Positions 40,445 to 50,838 are shown, counted from the stretch's first letter. The stretch: DNA of 64,000 bases from Bacilli bacterium (GCA_017542465.1 JAFXXB010000020.1:10329-74328), one strand, 5' to 3'. The notes: generated from the sequence alone by a model not told the origin. Numbers and translations: made by a program.

Positions 40445-40792
40445 ATGAAGAAAAATTCAGAGTATAAAAATATGAAAAGAGAATTAAAAAGTGTAGAAAA
40501 AGAAATAAACAAATCTGTTAAACAAACTGAAAAAGAATTAACAGATTCATTCAATAAAGCAGCTGATAATGCATTAAAAGAATATGAAAATAATATTGAA
40601 GTAGATTCTAAAACTAAAAGACGCATTCTTCTAGCATCATTAATAACTATTGGTGCTATAGGTGTTGCTTTTAAATGGGCAGATTATAAAGGATATATTA
40701 ATCCTCATAACACACATAAAGTTGAAAGTTATCATAAAGTTTATGATCTTAATAGCACTAAAGAAACTGATACAAATATAAGAAATAAATAA
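40445..40792 (+). CDS. Small single-TM hypothetical protein
   Basis: AGGAGG RBS, own TGaTATAAT promoter, terminator at 40791-40807. Confidence 0.6.
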   Translation: MKKNSEYKNMKRELKSVEKEINKSVKQTEKELTDSFNKAADNALKEYENNIEVDSKTKRRILLASLITIGAIGVAFKWADYKGYINPHNTHKVESYHKVYDLNSTKETDTNIRNK

Positions 40793-40856
40793 GAACTATT
40801 ATAGTTCTTATTTTATTGTGAACTATTTGGGGTTCACTACAGTTAGAGTTCTTTTA

Positions 40857-41780
40857 TTATAGTTTAATATAACAATCTTCTTTTAAAAATTTAATAAGTT
40901 CTTTTTTGTCATTCTTTTCATAATAATTAAGTAATAATTCCTTGTATTTATTTGAATCATCAGCACTTATCATTAATAAGCCCTTACCATGAGATATTAA
41001 ATAATGATTAGCAATTATTAAAGCTGTTCTTTTATTACCATCTAAAAACATTTGACTCTTACAAATATATAATAATAAATCTATAGCTATATCTACTTTA
41101 ACTTTATTAGAATTAATCATCTTATCTATATCATCACGTATATTCTCTTTGTTAGGTATAGTAGGTAACCATTTAGTTCCAGTTATTCTTACAGGAGTAC
41201 TTCTTAATATACCAGCATTATAATAAAATCCTGATTCAACTAACTTATTAACATTAGATATTAATTCATAAGATGTAGATAAAGTTAATATATACTCATT
41301 AAGAATAAAATCCCAAGCTCTTTTAAGATTAGTTATTTTTAATACACTCTCTTGATTCATATTATGAATCCTACCATTTTCAATTAAATCTTCAGTATCT
41401 ATATACGTTGTATTAATATTTTCAATGATAGATTGATCATATATCATGTTAATAATATTAGATTTAGCAAAATCAACATTATAAGAATACTTGAACTCTT
41501 TTAAACTATCAAACACTTGAAATTGATTTAATCTATTATTAATAGTTCTGATTCTTTTCTTATATTCTTTAGCCTTAATATTATTGTTATTAATTAGATT
41601 ACATAAATCATCAGAATATTCTCCAGCATATTTAGTTATAGATACACCCTCATCTCTATAATGAGTATATATATATTTATTATCTCTTATTTCAATAGAA
41701 CCATATATAAGTTTATCTAATTCTTGTTCTAATAATCTTTTTTCATCTAAAAGTACTAAAACTTCTTCATTAATACTCAT
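40857..41780 (-). CDS. Fic/Doc family protein with extra N-terminal domain
   Basis: GILRSTPVRITG and QMFLDGNKRTA (Fic motif variant). Confidence 0.85.
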   Translation of the reverse strand: MSINEEVLVLLDEKRLLEQELDKLIYGSIEIRDNKYIYTHYRDEGVSITKYAGEYSDDLCNLINNNNIKAKEYKKRIRTINNRLNQFQVFDSLKEFKYSYNVDFAKSNIINMIYDQSIIENINTTYIDTEDLIENGRIHNMNQESVLKITNLKRAWDFILNEYILTLSTSYELISNVNKLVESGFYYNAGILRSTPVRITGTKWLPTIPNKENIRDDIDKMINSNKVKVDIAIDLLLYICKSQMFLDGNKRTALIIANHYLISHGKGLLMISADDSNKYKELLLNYYEKNDKKELIKFLKEDCYIKL

Positions 41781-41873
41781 ATTTATCTTCCTTTCTATAT
41801 GTGATACATATTATATATATTCACTTCTTTTTGTTTCACATATAGAATAACACAAAATAAAAGGGAATACAAA

Positions 41874-43301
41874 TTAATATTGTATTCCCCAGATAACATG
41901 ATGCTTAGCTTCTTTACCACAGCAAACACATTTATCATCTATCTTTTCTCCATCTTCAACAATACATCTAGACTTACATCCTTTAATTTCTTTAATACGA
42001 GTTTCACAAGCTTCATCCCCACACCACATAGCATGAATGAATCCTGGTTGAGTATTTAAGATCTTTTCCATATCTTCTAGATTATGCGCTTCAAATGTTA
42101 ATTTATCTCTTCTTTCAACTGCTCTTTCATACATATCTCTTTGAATAGTATCTAATAATACTTTAACATATGTAACTATATCTGTATCAGCTTCAGTTGT
42201 AAGTTTTTCTCTTGTATCTCTTCTAGCTACAGTTATTTTATTTTCAGCTAAATCTCTTGCACCCACTTCAATTCTTACAGGTATACCATTTACTTCTGCT
42301 TCTGCAAATTTAAATCCTGGAGATTTATCTGTATTATCTATATAACAATCAACACCAGCTTTAGTTAATTGTTCTTTATACTTATTACATAAAGAATCTA
42401 CTTCTTCATTATCTTTTCCTATAGGTATAATAACTACTTGTTTAGGAGCAATTCTTGGTGGAAGGACTAAACCAAAGTCATCTGAATGAACCATGATTAA
42501 TCCACCAATCATTCTTGTAGTAGTTCCCCATGAAGTTTGATATACATATTCTTGTTTATTATCTTTATTTAAGAACTTAACATCATATGCTTCAGCAAAC
42601 TTTTGACCAAAGTAATGAGAAGTACCAGATTGTAATGCTACACCATTATACATTAATGCTTCATTAGTTAAAGTATATTCAGCACCAGCGAATTTTTCCT
42701 TTTCAGTCTTAACACCAGTTACTGTAGGAATAGCTAATATTTCATGATGGAACCATTTATAAACTTCCATCATTCTATCTGTTTCTTCTTTAGCTTCTTG
42801 TTCAGTAGCATGAATAGTATGTCCTTCTTGCCACCAGAATTCTCTAGATCTTAAGAATGGTCTGGTTTCTTTTTCCCATCTTATAACATTACACCATTGA
42901 TTATATAATTTAGGTAAATCTCTATAAGATGAAATATGATCTTTATAATAATCACAGAATAATGTTTCAGATGTTGGTCTAAATGCTAATCTCTCTTCTA
43001 AGTCTTTTGAACCACCTTGAGTAATCCATGCAACTTCAGGAGCAAAACCATTAACAAGTTCTCCTTCTTTCTTAAGTAAGTTTTCAGGAATTAATACTGG
43101 CATAGCTACATTAACATGTCCTAATTCTTTAAACTTCTTATCTAAGATTTCTTGCATCTTTTCCCAAATAGCATAACCATTTGGTTCAATTACCATACAT
43201 CCCTTTACTGATGAGTAATCACATAATTTAGCTGCTCTAACTACATCTGTATACCATTTAGCAAAATCTTCATCTCTTGATGTAATAGCTTCATTTTTCA
43301 T
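41874..43301 (-). CDS. proS: Prolyl-tRNA synthetase (archaeal/eukaryote-like ProRS type)
   Basis: FAPEVAW, RPTSET, RWEKETRPFLRSREF, QSGTSH, TSWGTTTR, C-terminal Cys motif. Confidence 0.96.
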   Translation of the reverse strand: MKNEAITSRDEDFAKWYTDVVRAAKLCDYSSVKGCMVIEPNGYAIWEKMQEILDKKFKELGHVNVAMPVLIPENLLKKEGELVNGFAPEVAWITQGGSKDLEERLAFRPTSETLFCDYYKDHISSYRDLPKLYNQWCNVIRWEKETRPFLRSREFWWQEGHTIHATEQEAKEETDRMMEVYKWFHHEILAIPTVTGVKTEKEKFAGAEYTLTNEALMYNGVALQSGTSHYFGQKFAEAYDVKFLNKDNKQEYVYQTSWGTTTRMIGGLIMVHSDDFGLVLPPRIAPKQVVIIPIGKDNEEVDSLCNKYKEQLTKAGVDCYIDNTDKSPGFKFAEAEVNGIPVRIEVGARDLAENKITVARRDTREKLTTEADTDIVTYVKVLLDTIQRDMYERAVERRDKLTFEAHNLEDMEKILNTQPGFIHAMWCGDEACETRIKEIKGCKSRCIVEDGEKIDDKCVCCGKEAKHHVIWGIQY

Positions 43302-43321
43302 ATTTATTCCTCCTTATATAA

Positions 43322-43515
43322 AACAAAAAGGATAATACCCAAAGAGTCATATACGACGGTACCATCCTTTATTTAACTTATTTATCTTTAACGCAGATCA
43401 TACGGATTTTATTAAAATCTCTCCGAGGTAGGAATTATTTAAGTATATTATCTATTCACACCAACCATAGACTCTCTTTAATATTTAAATAAATAATCAT
43501 GTCCTCTTCATCAAG
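43322..43515 (-). promoter_or_regulatory. T-box riboswitch upstream of proS
   Basis: Minus strand AG box AGAGAG, GGTGTGAA, CCU codons in stem I; antiterminator AAAGGA-TGGTACC-GTC..GAC-TCTTT; overlapping terminator with U-tract. Confidence 0.88.
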
Positions 43516-43552
43516 TTATTAATAATATACTCTTTAATTATATAAAAAGCAA

Positions 43553-44128
43553 TTATTTTTCTTGGAATGGTATTTCTTTTGTATCAGTTGCTTCTTTAAG
43601 TGTTCCCATGACAAATGCTGTTTCAACAAGTTCACCTATAGCACCAATAGCTAATACAATACCAATTATTCTTAAGAACACTTCAGCAGATCCTGATGGA
43701 TAAATAATTAATAATAAACCAGCAGTAAATATTAATAATCCAACAAGTAAATTGTATTTCCATGCTTTAGTCATCTTTCTTATATATAAAGCTGTTTGAA
43801 CTTTATATATAGCTTTAACAACTAGAATAATACCAACTAATACAGTTATAAAATCAACTAATATATTTGGTTTAATAAATAAGAATATTCCTATTCCAAT
43901 TAATATAATTCCAAAGGCTAATGAAAAGTTTAATAACTTTTGTTCTTTAGGTGCTCTTATATAATCAAATATAAAGTAACCTCCTAATAACATGGATACT
44001 ACAGCAATGAATCCATTCATAATCTTAATAGATTCAGCTGGTGCTATAGCAAATATAATACCAATTACAAGTATTACTAAAGTATAAACTATCATTCCTC
44101 TCATACTCTTTTTAATAATATCTAACAT
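43553..44128 (-). CDS. DUF308/HdeD-like membrane protein
   Basis: Six short TM helices in repeated pairs. Confidence 0.65.
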   Translation of the reverse strand: MLDIIKKSMRGMIVYTLVILVIGIIFAIAPAESIKIMNGFIAVVSMLLGGYFIFDYIRAPKEQKLLNFSLAFGIILIGIGIFLFIKPNILVDFITVLVGIILVVKAIYKVQTALYIRKMTKAWKYNLLVGLLIFTAGLLLIIYPSGSAEVFLRIIGIVLAIGAIGELVETAFVMGTLKEATDTKEIPFQEK

Positions 44129-44319
44129 ATTTATCACCTATTTGAATTATAGCATAAAAAAACTCCTATATAAATATAGAAGTTGTCTTTAAATAAAAAT
44201 ATGCAGTAGGCACACTGCAATTAGATTATAACATTATAATTGTTAATAATACAAGTATAATCTAAGTAAAGTTTGTAAATAATAATTATTAACATGTTAT
44301 AATTGTAATAGGTGATTGT

Positions 44320-45156
44320 ATGAATATAGAGGTAATAAACTTAAATAAAAAATTTAAAGACTTTCAACTAAAGAATATAAACATAAAAGTACCTAAAGGA
44401 AAGATAGTAGGATTAATTGGCGAAAATGGAGCTGGTAAAACTACACTGATTAAATGTATATTAGGAGCTATGTTTAAGAATTCAGGAGAAGTTAAATTAT
44501 TCGATAAAAGATATAATGATTCAAATAAAGATGATATAGGTGTTGTATTTGATGATTCATATATGATAGAAACATTTACAATCAAAGATATAAATCTAAT
44601 CATGAAAAATACATATAAGAGATGGGATTCTAAATTATTCTTTAAATATGTTAAAGAATATAACTTACCAACAAATAAAGAAATCAAAAGATTATCTACA
44701 GGTATGAAAAAGAAGCTAGAGATAATAACAGCTCTATCCCATCATCCTAAAGTATTAATACTCGACGAACCAACATCTGGACTTGACCCAGTTATTAGAT
44801 CTGAAATATTAGATATATTTCAAAACTTTGTAGATAATAAAGAAAACTCTATATTATTATCTACTCATATAACATCCGATCTTGAACACATAGCTGATGA
44901 TGTAATATTTATATCTAAAGGTGAAATAGTATTTGATAAACCTTTAAAAGAAGTAAAAGATAATTATATTGTATTAGATGTAGATAAAGATGAAATAGAT
45001 AGTATAAATAAAAAAGATATAATAAGGATTAAGGAAAACCGAATCGATTATCAAGTATTGATAGAAAAGAAAAATATGAAAAAACAATATGAAAAATATA
45101 TAAAGAATATAACTGCATTAGATGATATTATGCTTTTATATATAAGAGGTGTCTAA
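44320..45156 (+). CDS. ABC transporter ATP-binding protein
   Basis: GENGAGKTT, LSTGM signature, ILDEPTSGLD, STHI. Confidence 0.93.
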   Translation: MNIEVINLNKKFKDFQLKNINIKVPKGKIVGLIGENGAGKTTLIKCILGAMFKNSGEVKLFDKRYNDSNKDDIGVVFDDSYMIETFTIKDINLIMKNTYKRWDSKLFFKYVKEYNLPTNKEIKRLSTGMKKKLEIITALSHHPKVLILDEPTSGLDPVIRSEILDIFQNFVDNKENSILLSTHITSDLEHIADDVIFISKGEIVFDKPLKEVKDNYIVLDVDKDEIDSINKKDIIRIKENRIDYQVLIEKKNMKKQYEKYIKNITALDDIMLLYIRGV

Positions 45157-45812
45157 TGAAAGGTTTAATAATTAAAGATTTATTATTTATAAAAAGTACA
45201 TGGAAATTCTTAATAATAATGTTTATAGGTTCATTACTTATTAGTGTTGCTTTAGGTAATTATCTATTAGCTATATGTGTATTACCAGTTATGTTATTAT
45301 CATCTGGTATAAATACATTCCAAACTGATGAATTCTATAATACAGACAGTTATATATTAAGTTTTCCATTATCAAGAAAAAAGATAGTATTATCTAAATA
45401 TATATTCACATTAATAGTATTATTAGTATCTACATATATTGGATTAATGTTATATTTTTTCATTTATTTAATCATCCATCCAGGTTTTAATGGATTAAAC
45501 ACAGACATGATTAAGCAATTATTGATGTTAGAATTCTCTGCAGTATTTGTTAATTCAGTATTCTATCCTGTTATATATAAATTTGGATGTGAAAAATCTA
45601 GATTAGTTTTATTAAGTATAGTTATGTTATTACTAGGAATAGTATCAATTGCATCAGTATATATTAATACACAAAATGTTAATCTTGACTTTGAATTTAT
45701 AGTTAACACTATACAAACATATGGTGTATATGTGTTAGGAGTATTTGTATCAATTTGCTTAGTGATATCATATTTTTTATCAATACTATTCTATAAGAGA
45801 AAGGATTATTAA
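45156..45812 (+). CDS. ABC-2 transporter permease
   Basis: MKGLIIKD..LPLSRKKIVLSKY..KRKDY family pattern; overlaps the ATPase stop. Confidence 0.85.
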   Translation: MKGLIIKDLLFIKSTWKFLIIMFIGSLLISVALGNYLLAICVLPVMLLSSGINTFQTDEFYNTDSYILSFPLSRKKIVLSKYIFTLIVLLVSTYIGLMLYFFIYLIIHPGFNGLNTDMIKQLLMLEFSAVFVNSVFYPVIYKFGCEKSRLVLLSIVMLLLGIVSIASVYINTQNVNLDFEFIVNTIQTYGVYVLGVFVSICLVISYFLSILFYKRKDY

Positions 45813-45819
45813 AAGAATT

Positions 45820-46161
45820 ATGAACTTACTCAATTATGAAGAAAAAGTAAAATATATAAAAGAGGAATGCAAAAAAAGCATTAAATATGATCAAATCAAT
45901 AATCTTGAAAATAATAAGAGAGATGCTGAACATATCTTAGCGGATCTTAAAAGTCTAAGAAGTAATAACTATGACAAAAGAGATGAAATCACTAAAGCAA
46001 TAGATGATATGGAAAAACTAATAAAAGAAATAAATAAAGTATTAGATGTATCTAAGAATAATAATGAAAAATCATTTACTGGATTACTAGGATGCTTGAA
46101 AGAAATATATAGAATTGGTGAAACACCAGTAGATGACTTAAAGAGACACTTAGGATTATAA
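45820..46161 (+). CDS. Hypothetical helical protein
   Basis: 113-aa ORF followed by terminator 46161-46187. Confidence 0.5.
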   Translation: MNLLNYEEKVKYIKEECKKSIKYDQINNLENNKRDAEHILADLKSLRSNNYDKRDEITKAIDDMEKLIKEINKVLDVSKNNNEKSFTGLLGCLKEIYRIGETPVDDLKRHLGL

Positions 46162-46234
46162 AATAAGGTAATGTATACCTTATTTTTATTTGTGTAAAAT
46201 TTGCTGTATACCTTTGTAAAATTTACAAATACTT

Positions 46235-46263
46235 ATGACAAGCAAATATAAACATGATATAGT
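46235..46263 (+). promoter_or_regulatory. Sigma-A-type promoter for the intergenic unit
   Basis: ATGACA-17 nt-TATAGT with TG extension. Confidence 0.6.
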
Positions 46264-46269
46264 TATCAT

Positions 46270-46829
46270 AGGTGGTAACACAACTATTCAAATTATTAAG
46301 AGTATAAATGAAGGAGATCTTAAATACGCTATTACAGCAGATCATATTTATACAATTATGTTTGGAAAAGTTTGGTTAATAATTTGGTTTGGAATAGTTT
46401 AAGGATTGGCAATTAAAGATATTACATCAACTACCTAAAGAATTAAAAAGAGAGTGTGAATGCACTGATGACCTGTAAAACAAATATGATTTTATATCAT
46501 ATGCTAGAATAATAAGTAATGTAGGTATTCTTTACTTATATATTCATCTAGTGTCACATACTTATAGTCGTGATTATAAGTGCTAGGTTACTAAGTAATA
46601 AATGTGAATTTAAAATTTATTTTTTGATTTAAGAAGTAAACGAAAGTTTATTAAGTGACTCATTCTTATGAGAAGAAAAGTGATTTAAGAGGTATTAATA
46701 TGAAAACCCTAAAAACCTTAAAATATTTCTTTTCCCCCCTTAAAAAAAATCTTTTAAATTATTATATTAATATTTCTTAAATACTTAAAAATTTTAAAAC
46801 ATGAAGATACATTAATATGTATCTTTTTT
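46270..46829 (+). ncRNA. Candidate large structured non-coding RNA (~560 nt)
   Basis: Promoter upstream, terminator downstream, no ORF of 60 aa or more, many complementary segments (see findings). Confidence 0.55.
46804..46829 (+). terminator. Intrinsic terminator
   Basis: AAGATACAT-TAAT-ATGTATCTT followed by T-tract. Confidence 0.8.
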
Positions 46830-46860
46830 GTTTATATGATATAATTTATATGGTGATATT

Positions 46861-47394
46861 ATGAAGCCATGTACAAAGAATCAATTAAAAAGATTAAGAA
46901 TAGCTTTAATATTAAATTCAGATAGAAGAAACAAATATATAAAGAAACATAATATATTTAAAGAGATGGGTGAAAATGTTTTCTATCAACCAAGATTCAT
47001 ACCATCTGATCCTAAACTAATTAAAATACACAACAATGTAATAATTACATCAGGTGTTACATTTGTTACTCACGATATATTTGATATGGGTATTAATTAT
47101 ATGAATAAAGATAAACAAGTACCAACTCTATATAAGCCAATAGAAATAATGGATAATGTATTTATTGGTTGTAATTCAATTATATTAGGTGGAGTTAAAA
47201 TCGGTAACAATGTTGTGATAGCTGCTGGTTCAGTTGTAACTAAAGATGTGCCAGATAATTCAGTTGTTGCTGGTAATCCTGCTAAAGTAATTGAAACATT
47301 TGGTGAGTATCTAGAAAAAAGATATAACTCATATCACTCATATGATTTTGATGATTTATGGAATAATTTTAATAAAAATAAAACTAGTAAGTAA
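46861..47394 (+). CDS. Hexapeptide-repeat (LbH) acyltransferase
   Basis: [45 protein letters not shown]; own TGaTATAAT promoter. Confidence 0.9.
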   Translation: MKPCTKNQLKRLRIALILNSDRRNKYIKKHNIFKEMGENVFYQPRFIPSDPKLIKIHNNVIITSGVTFVTHDIFDMGINYMNKDKQVPTLYKPIEIMDNVFIGCNSIILGGVKIGNNVVIAAGSVVTKDVPDNSVVAGNPAKVIETFGEYLEKRYNSYHSYDFDDLWNNFNKNKTSK

Positions 47395-47403
47395 TCTTAC
47401 TAG

Positions 47404-47865
47404 TTATTTTATTTCATTTCCTGTTATTTCAATAGTAGCACCAAGGTATCCATTTGCTATACCTAGTTTAACAATATTAACTTCCTCTTTATTATTTATA
47501 AATGTTAATTCATAATCTAACGATTCTTTAGTATCAATTGTATTCTTTATTTCTTTATCAGATGTTACAGCTACATCTTCACCAACATAATATAATTTAT
47601 AATCATTAGGATAATCATTATTACTTATTACTTTAATATTAATTACTTTTGTTTCACCAGGAAGTAATGTTATTTCATCACTTTCTAAATCATCTGTTTG
47701 AATAACTGTATTGATTGTTTTTACTTTCATTACTTGATCAGAATCAGATGAGTCTTCAATATAATATGAGAATGTAATAGATGATAAACCAAATACTACT
47801 ATCAACATTGTAACTATAGATAAATACAAATTACGTGGTCTTTTAAAGAATTCTATTATCTTCAT
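47404..47865 (-). CDS. Secreted/anchored hypothetical protein
   Basis: Signal-like TM then beta-rich domain. Confidence 0.55.
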   Translation of the reverse strand: MKIIEFFKRPRNLYLSIVTMLIVVFGLSSITFSYYIEDSSDSDQVMKVKTINTVIQTDDLESDEITLLPGETKVINIKVISNNDYPNDYKLYYVGEDVAVTSDKEIKNTIDTKESLDYELTFINNKEEVNIVKLGIANGYLGATIEITGNEIK

Positions 47866-47930
47866 ATTACCAACTCCTAACTAAATTATATCATAATAAA
47901 AAAAAGGAATAAATAATTCCTTTTTATTTT

Positions 47931-48731
47931 CTAACAATTGCTTTCACCAGTACAAATATTTTCTGATGTTGTAGTTGTAACTATACTCTTAAATACTTTA
48001 TCAAACTCACTTATAGAATAATTAATTTCTTCTTCAGTTAATTCCTTATAAGGATCTTCAATATCATCAGATATACCAGTTGTTAGTTGAATTGGTTTAC
48101 CATTTTTTACCAATACAACATTTGGAGCATATATTCTCTTCTCATCTATATCAACTTTAACTGTAACAGTTTTCTTTTTTCCTTTAACAGTTTTAGTTGT
48201 CTTGTACTCTAATGGTTTATAATCAGATAATACAGAATTAAACTTATTTAATAATTGATAATATCCTTCAGTTCCTTCAGTTGTTTTAACAGCTTCATTA
48301 TCATCATTTAATTCATATTTATCTCTAATGTTCTTTATATCAACGTAATAAATTGTTGAAACACCATTCTTAGATGCACTCTTTAATAATGGTTCAATGA
48401 TTGTTCTACACCAAGGACATGAATTAAATCCAAAGTATACTACAAATGATTCTTTATTATCCATCTTAGTTATTAAATCAGATGCAGTAATATATTTAAT
48501 TGGATTATTTTCATCTATATTAAGAGTTCTATATTTAACTCCTTCTTTAACTTCTTTATCATTTAATTCTTCATATTCACTTTTAAAGTTTTTAGCATCA
48601 GTAGTATTTATATTTTGTATTCTTATATCATTTTCTTCTTTTAATTCAGTAAATACATAAATAATAGTACCTGCTAAACCTAGGAATATAATTATAATTA
48701 AGGCTATACCTAAAATCTTCTTCTTTTGCAT
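47931..48731 (-). CDS. Membrane-anchored thioredoxin-fold protein
   Basis: N-terminal TM, YFGFNSCPWC, YAPNVV. Confidence 0.7.
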   Translation of the reverse strand: MQKKKILGIALIIIIFLGLAGTIIYVFTELKEENDIRIQNINTTDAKNFKSEYEELNDKEVKEGVKYRTLNIDENNPIKYITASDLITKMDNKESFVVYFGFNSCPWCRTIIEPLLKSASKNGVSTIYYVDIKNIRDKYELNDDNEAVKTTEGTEGYYQLLNKFNSVLSDYKPLEYKTTKTVKGKKKTVTVKVDIDEKRIYAPNVVLVKNGKPIQLTTGISDDIEDPYKELTEEEINYSISEFDKVFKSIVTTTTSENICTGESNC

Positions 48732-48858
48732 ATCAAACGCCCCACTCCTATTTAATTATAACACAAGACAAACAAAAAAATATATAAAAATATATAGGTC
48801 AAGAGGTAGTTTTTTTAGATATATAGTAGTATAATTTTGTATTATAGGAGTTGGTGAA

Positions 48859-50838
48859 ATGAAGACAATGTTTAAGAAATTTCACAATGCTAGTTTAAGT
48901 ATTAAACTGGTATATATAATAAGTACATTATTATTATTTGGAACTGTAGGTTTCTTTATATATAATTTAATAAGATTACAAGGAATTGAAACTAGTATCA
49001 GAGCAATTATAATTACATCATTAATAATTGTATGTTTAATATATCTAATACTTAACTTTATATTATTAATTGCAAAGAAGAAAGTACCTATTTATATTAC
49101 ATCATTTATTGTAATTATAATTGCAGCATTCTGTGTAATAGGTTCCATGACAATAAATAAGATTTTATCTTCAATGGGAGCCTTATCAAAGGATACAGTA
49201 ATATATACAACTAACTTAATTACATTATCAGGTACAGAATTTGTTGATGATGAAACATTTGTTACAGGTATTATTAATAATGAAACAGATGTTGAGGGCA
49301 ACATACTAGCTTATGAACTTATCAATAAAGACAAGATGAAAATAAAACTTGAAAAGTATGATAGTTACTTCGAAATGTTAGAAGATTTATATTCAGGTAA
49401 AATTAAAGGTATGTTTGTTTCATCCAACTATGTAATAACATACGCAACATATGAAGCATATCAAAGTATAGGTGAACAAACAAAAGTTGTTAAAGAATAC
49501 TCTAAAGAAATGAAAAACCAAGATTACATAGAAAACTATGCTTCAGTTACTGAACCATTTACTATGTTAGTCATGGGTGTTGATTCATCAGCTGGATCAC
49601 TTAAAAAAGCTTCATCATTTAATGGTGATACATTAATGCTTATTGCATTTAACCCTCATACTTTAAATGCTACAGTATTTAGTATTCCAAGAGACACTTA
49701 TGTACCAATAGCATGTTTAAATGGTGATTCATCAAAAATTAACTCAGCAGGTGCATATGGAACAAAATGTGTAATGAACACAGTTCAAAATCTAACAGGA
49801 TTAAATATTGATTATTATGTTAAAGTAGATTTCCAAGGTGTTATAGATTTAGTTAATGCCTTAGGTGGAATAGATGTTGAAGTAGAAACTCCTACATCAA
49901 AAGGATTCTTAAATAAATATAATGGACAAGTATGTGAAAGTGATGCACACAGAAACATGGGTAATCTAATATGTATGAATACTGGATTACAACATTTAAA
50001 CGGTGATCAAGCACTAGCTTATGCTAGATGTAGACACGGATATCTTGATGGAGATTTTGCAAGAAATAGACATCAACAAGTTGTTGTTGAAGGTGCATTT
50101 AAATCAGTTAAAAATATATCATCAGTAAATGATTTCTATACTATATTAGATACAATTACACCTCATATTGATACAAACATGCAAACAAAAGAAATGTTAT
50201 CATTATATGGTGTAGCTAAGACAGCATTCCAAAATAATAATGGAGCTACAATAAACGTACAAAGAACTCAATTAACTGGATATGACTTAACAATGTATGT
50301 TAATAATATTAGAGCAAATGTATATACATTCCAATACTATCCACAATCATTAGAAGAGATTGTAGATGCAATGAATGTAACACTAGAGAAAAAGAAAGCA
50401 ACAATGATTAAAACATTTAGCTTCTCAGCAAACAAAACTTATAAAGTACCAGTAATAGGTCAAAGATATTATTCAGTTGAAAGAAATGAAACAGTACCTA
50501 ACTTTAAAGGTCAAACATTAGAACAAGCTAAAGCATGGGCATTACAAAGAAATAAAACAGTTAATGTTCAATGGATTAGAAAAGATAGTCCAGGTTATGA
50601 TGAAACATTAGCTGAAGGAACAATAATAGGACAAGATATAATCAAGGGTAAATTAGTAAAAGACTTTACTACAATCACATTACAAGTAATATCACATGTT
50701 GATCCTTCATCAACTACTACTACAACAAGTACAAGTGTAACAAAATCAACAAGTAATACTGAAGCAACAAAGACAACTGAAACAACAGAAGCAACAACAA
50801 AAGAAACAACTCAATCAACAACAAAAGAAGCCGAATAA
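48859..50838 (+). CDS. LCP (LytR-CpsA-Psr) family protein with PASTA-like domain and Thr-rich tail
   Basis: GVDS, DTLML, SIPRDTY, DYYVKVDFQG, ALAYARCR, DFARNRHQQ. Confidence 0.9.
   Translation: MKTMFKKFHNASLSIKLVYIISTLLLFGTVGFFIYNLIRLQGIETSIRAIIITSLIIVCLIYLILNFILLIAKKKVPIYITSFIVIIIAAFCVIGSMTINKILSSMGALSKDTVIYTTNLITLSGTEFVDDETFVTGIINNETDVEGNILAYELINKDKMKIKLEKYDSYFEMLEDLYSGKIKGMFVSSNYVITYATYEAYQSIGEQTKVVKEYSKEMKNQDYIENYASVTEPFTMLVMGVDSSAGSLKKASSFNGDTLMLIAFNPHTLNATVFSIPRDTYVPIACLNGDSSKINSAGAYGTKCVMNTVQNLTGLNIDYYVKVDFQGVIDLVNALGGIDVEVETPTSKGFLNKYNGQVCESDAHRNMGNLICMNTGLQHLNGDQALAYARCRHGYLDGDFARNRHQQVVVEGAFKSVKNISSVNDFYTILDTITPHIDTNMQTKEMLSLYGVAKTAFQNNNGATINVQRTQLTGYDLTMYVNNIRANVYTFQYYPQSLEEIVDAMNVTLEKKKATMIKTFSFSANKTYKVPVIGQRYYSVERNETVPNFKGQTLEQAKAWALQRNKTVNVQWIRKDSPGYDETLAEGTIIGQDIIKGKLVKDFTTITLQVISHVDPSSTTTTTSTSVTKSTSNTEATKTTETTEATTKETTQSTTKEAE

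Noticed and set aside
37969-41780. Conjugative element suggested by topB plus Fic
   Set aside because: No relaxase, T4SS, integrase or flanking direct repeats; composition matches the chromosome.
41793-41847. parS site
   Set aside because: Only half-sites (GTGATACA ... TGTTTCAC), in the wrong order and 23 nt apart, not the contiguous 16-bp palindrome.
46235-46402. 55-aa ORF MTSKYKHDIVIIGGNTT..., resembling an FAD-binding start
   Set aside because: No RBS, the GxGxxG motif is incomplete, the ATG lies in the predicted -35 box, and there is no continuation in other frames.
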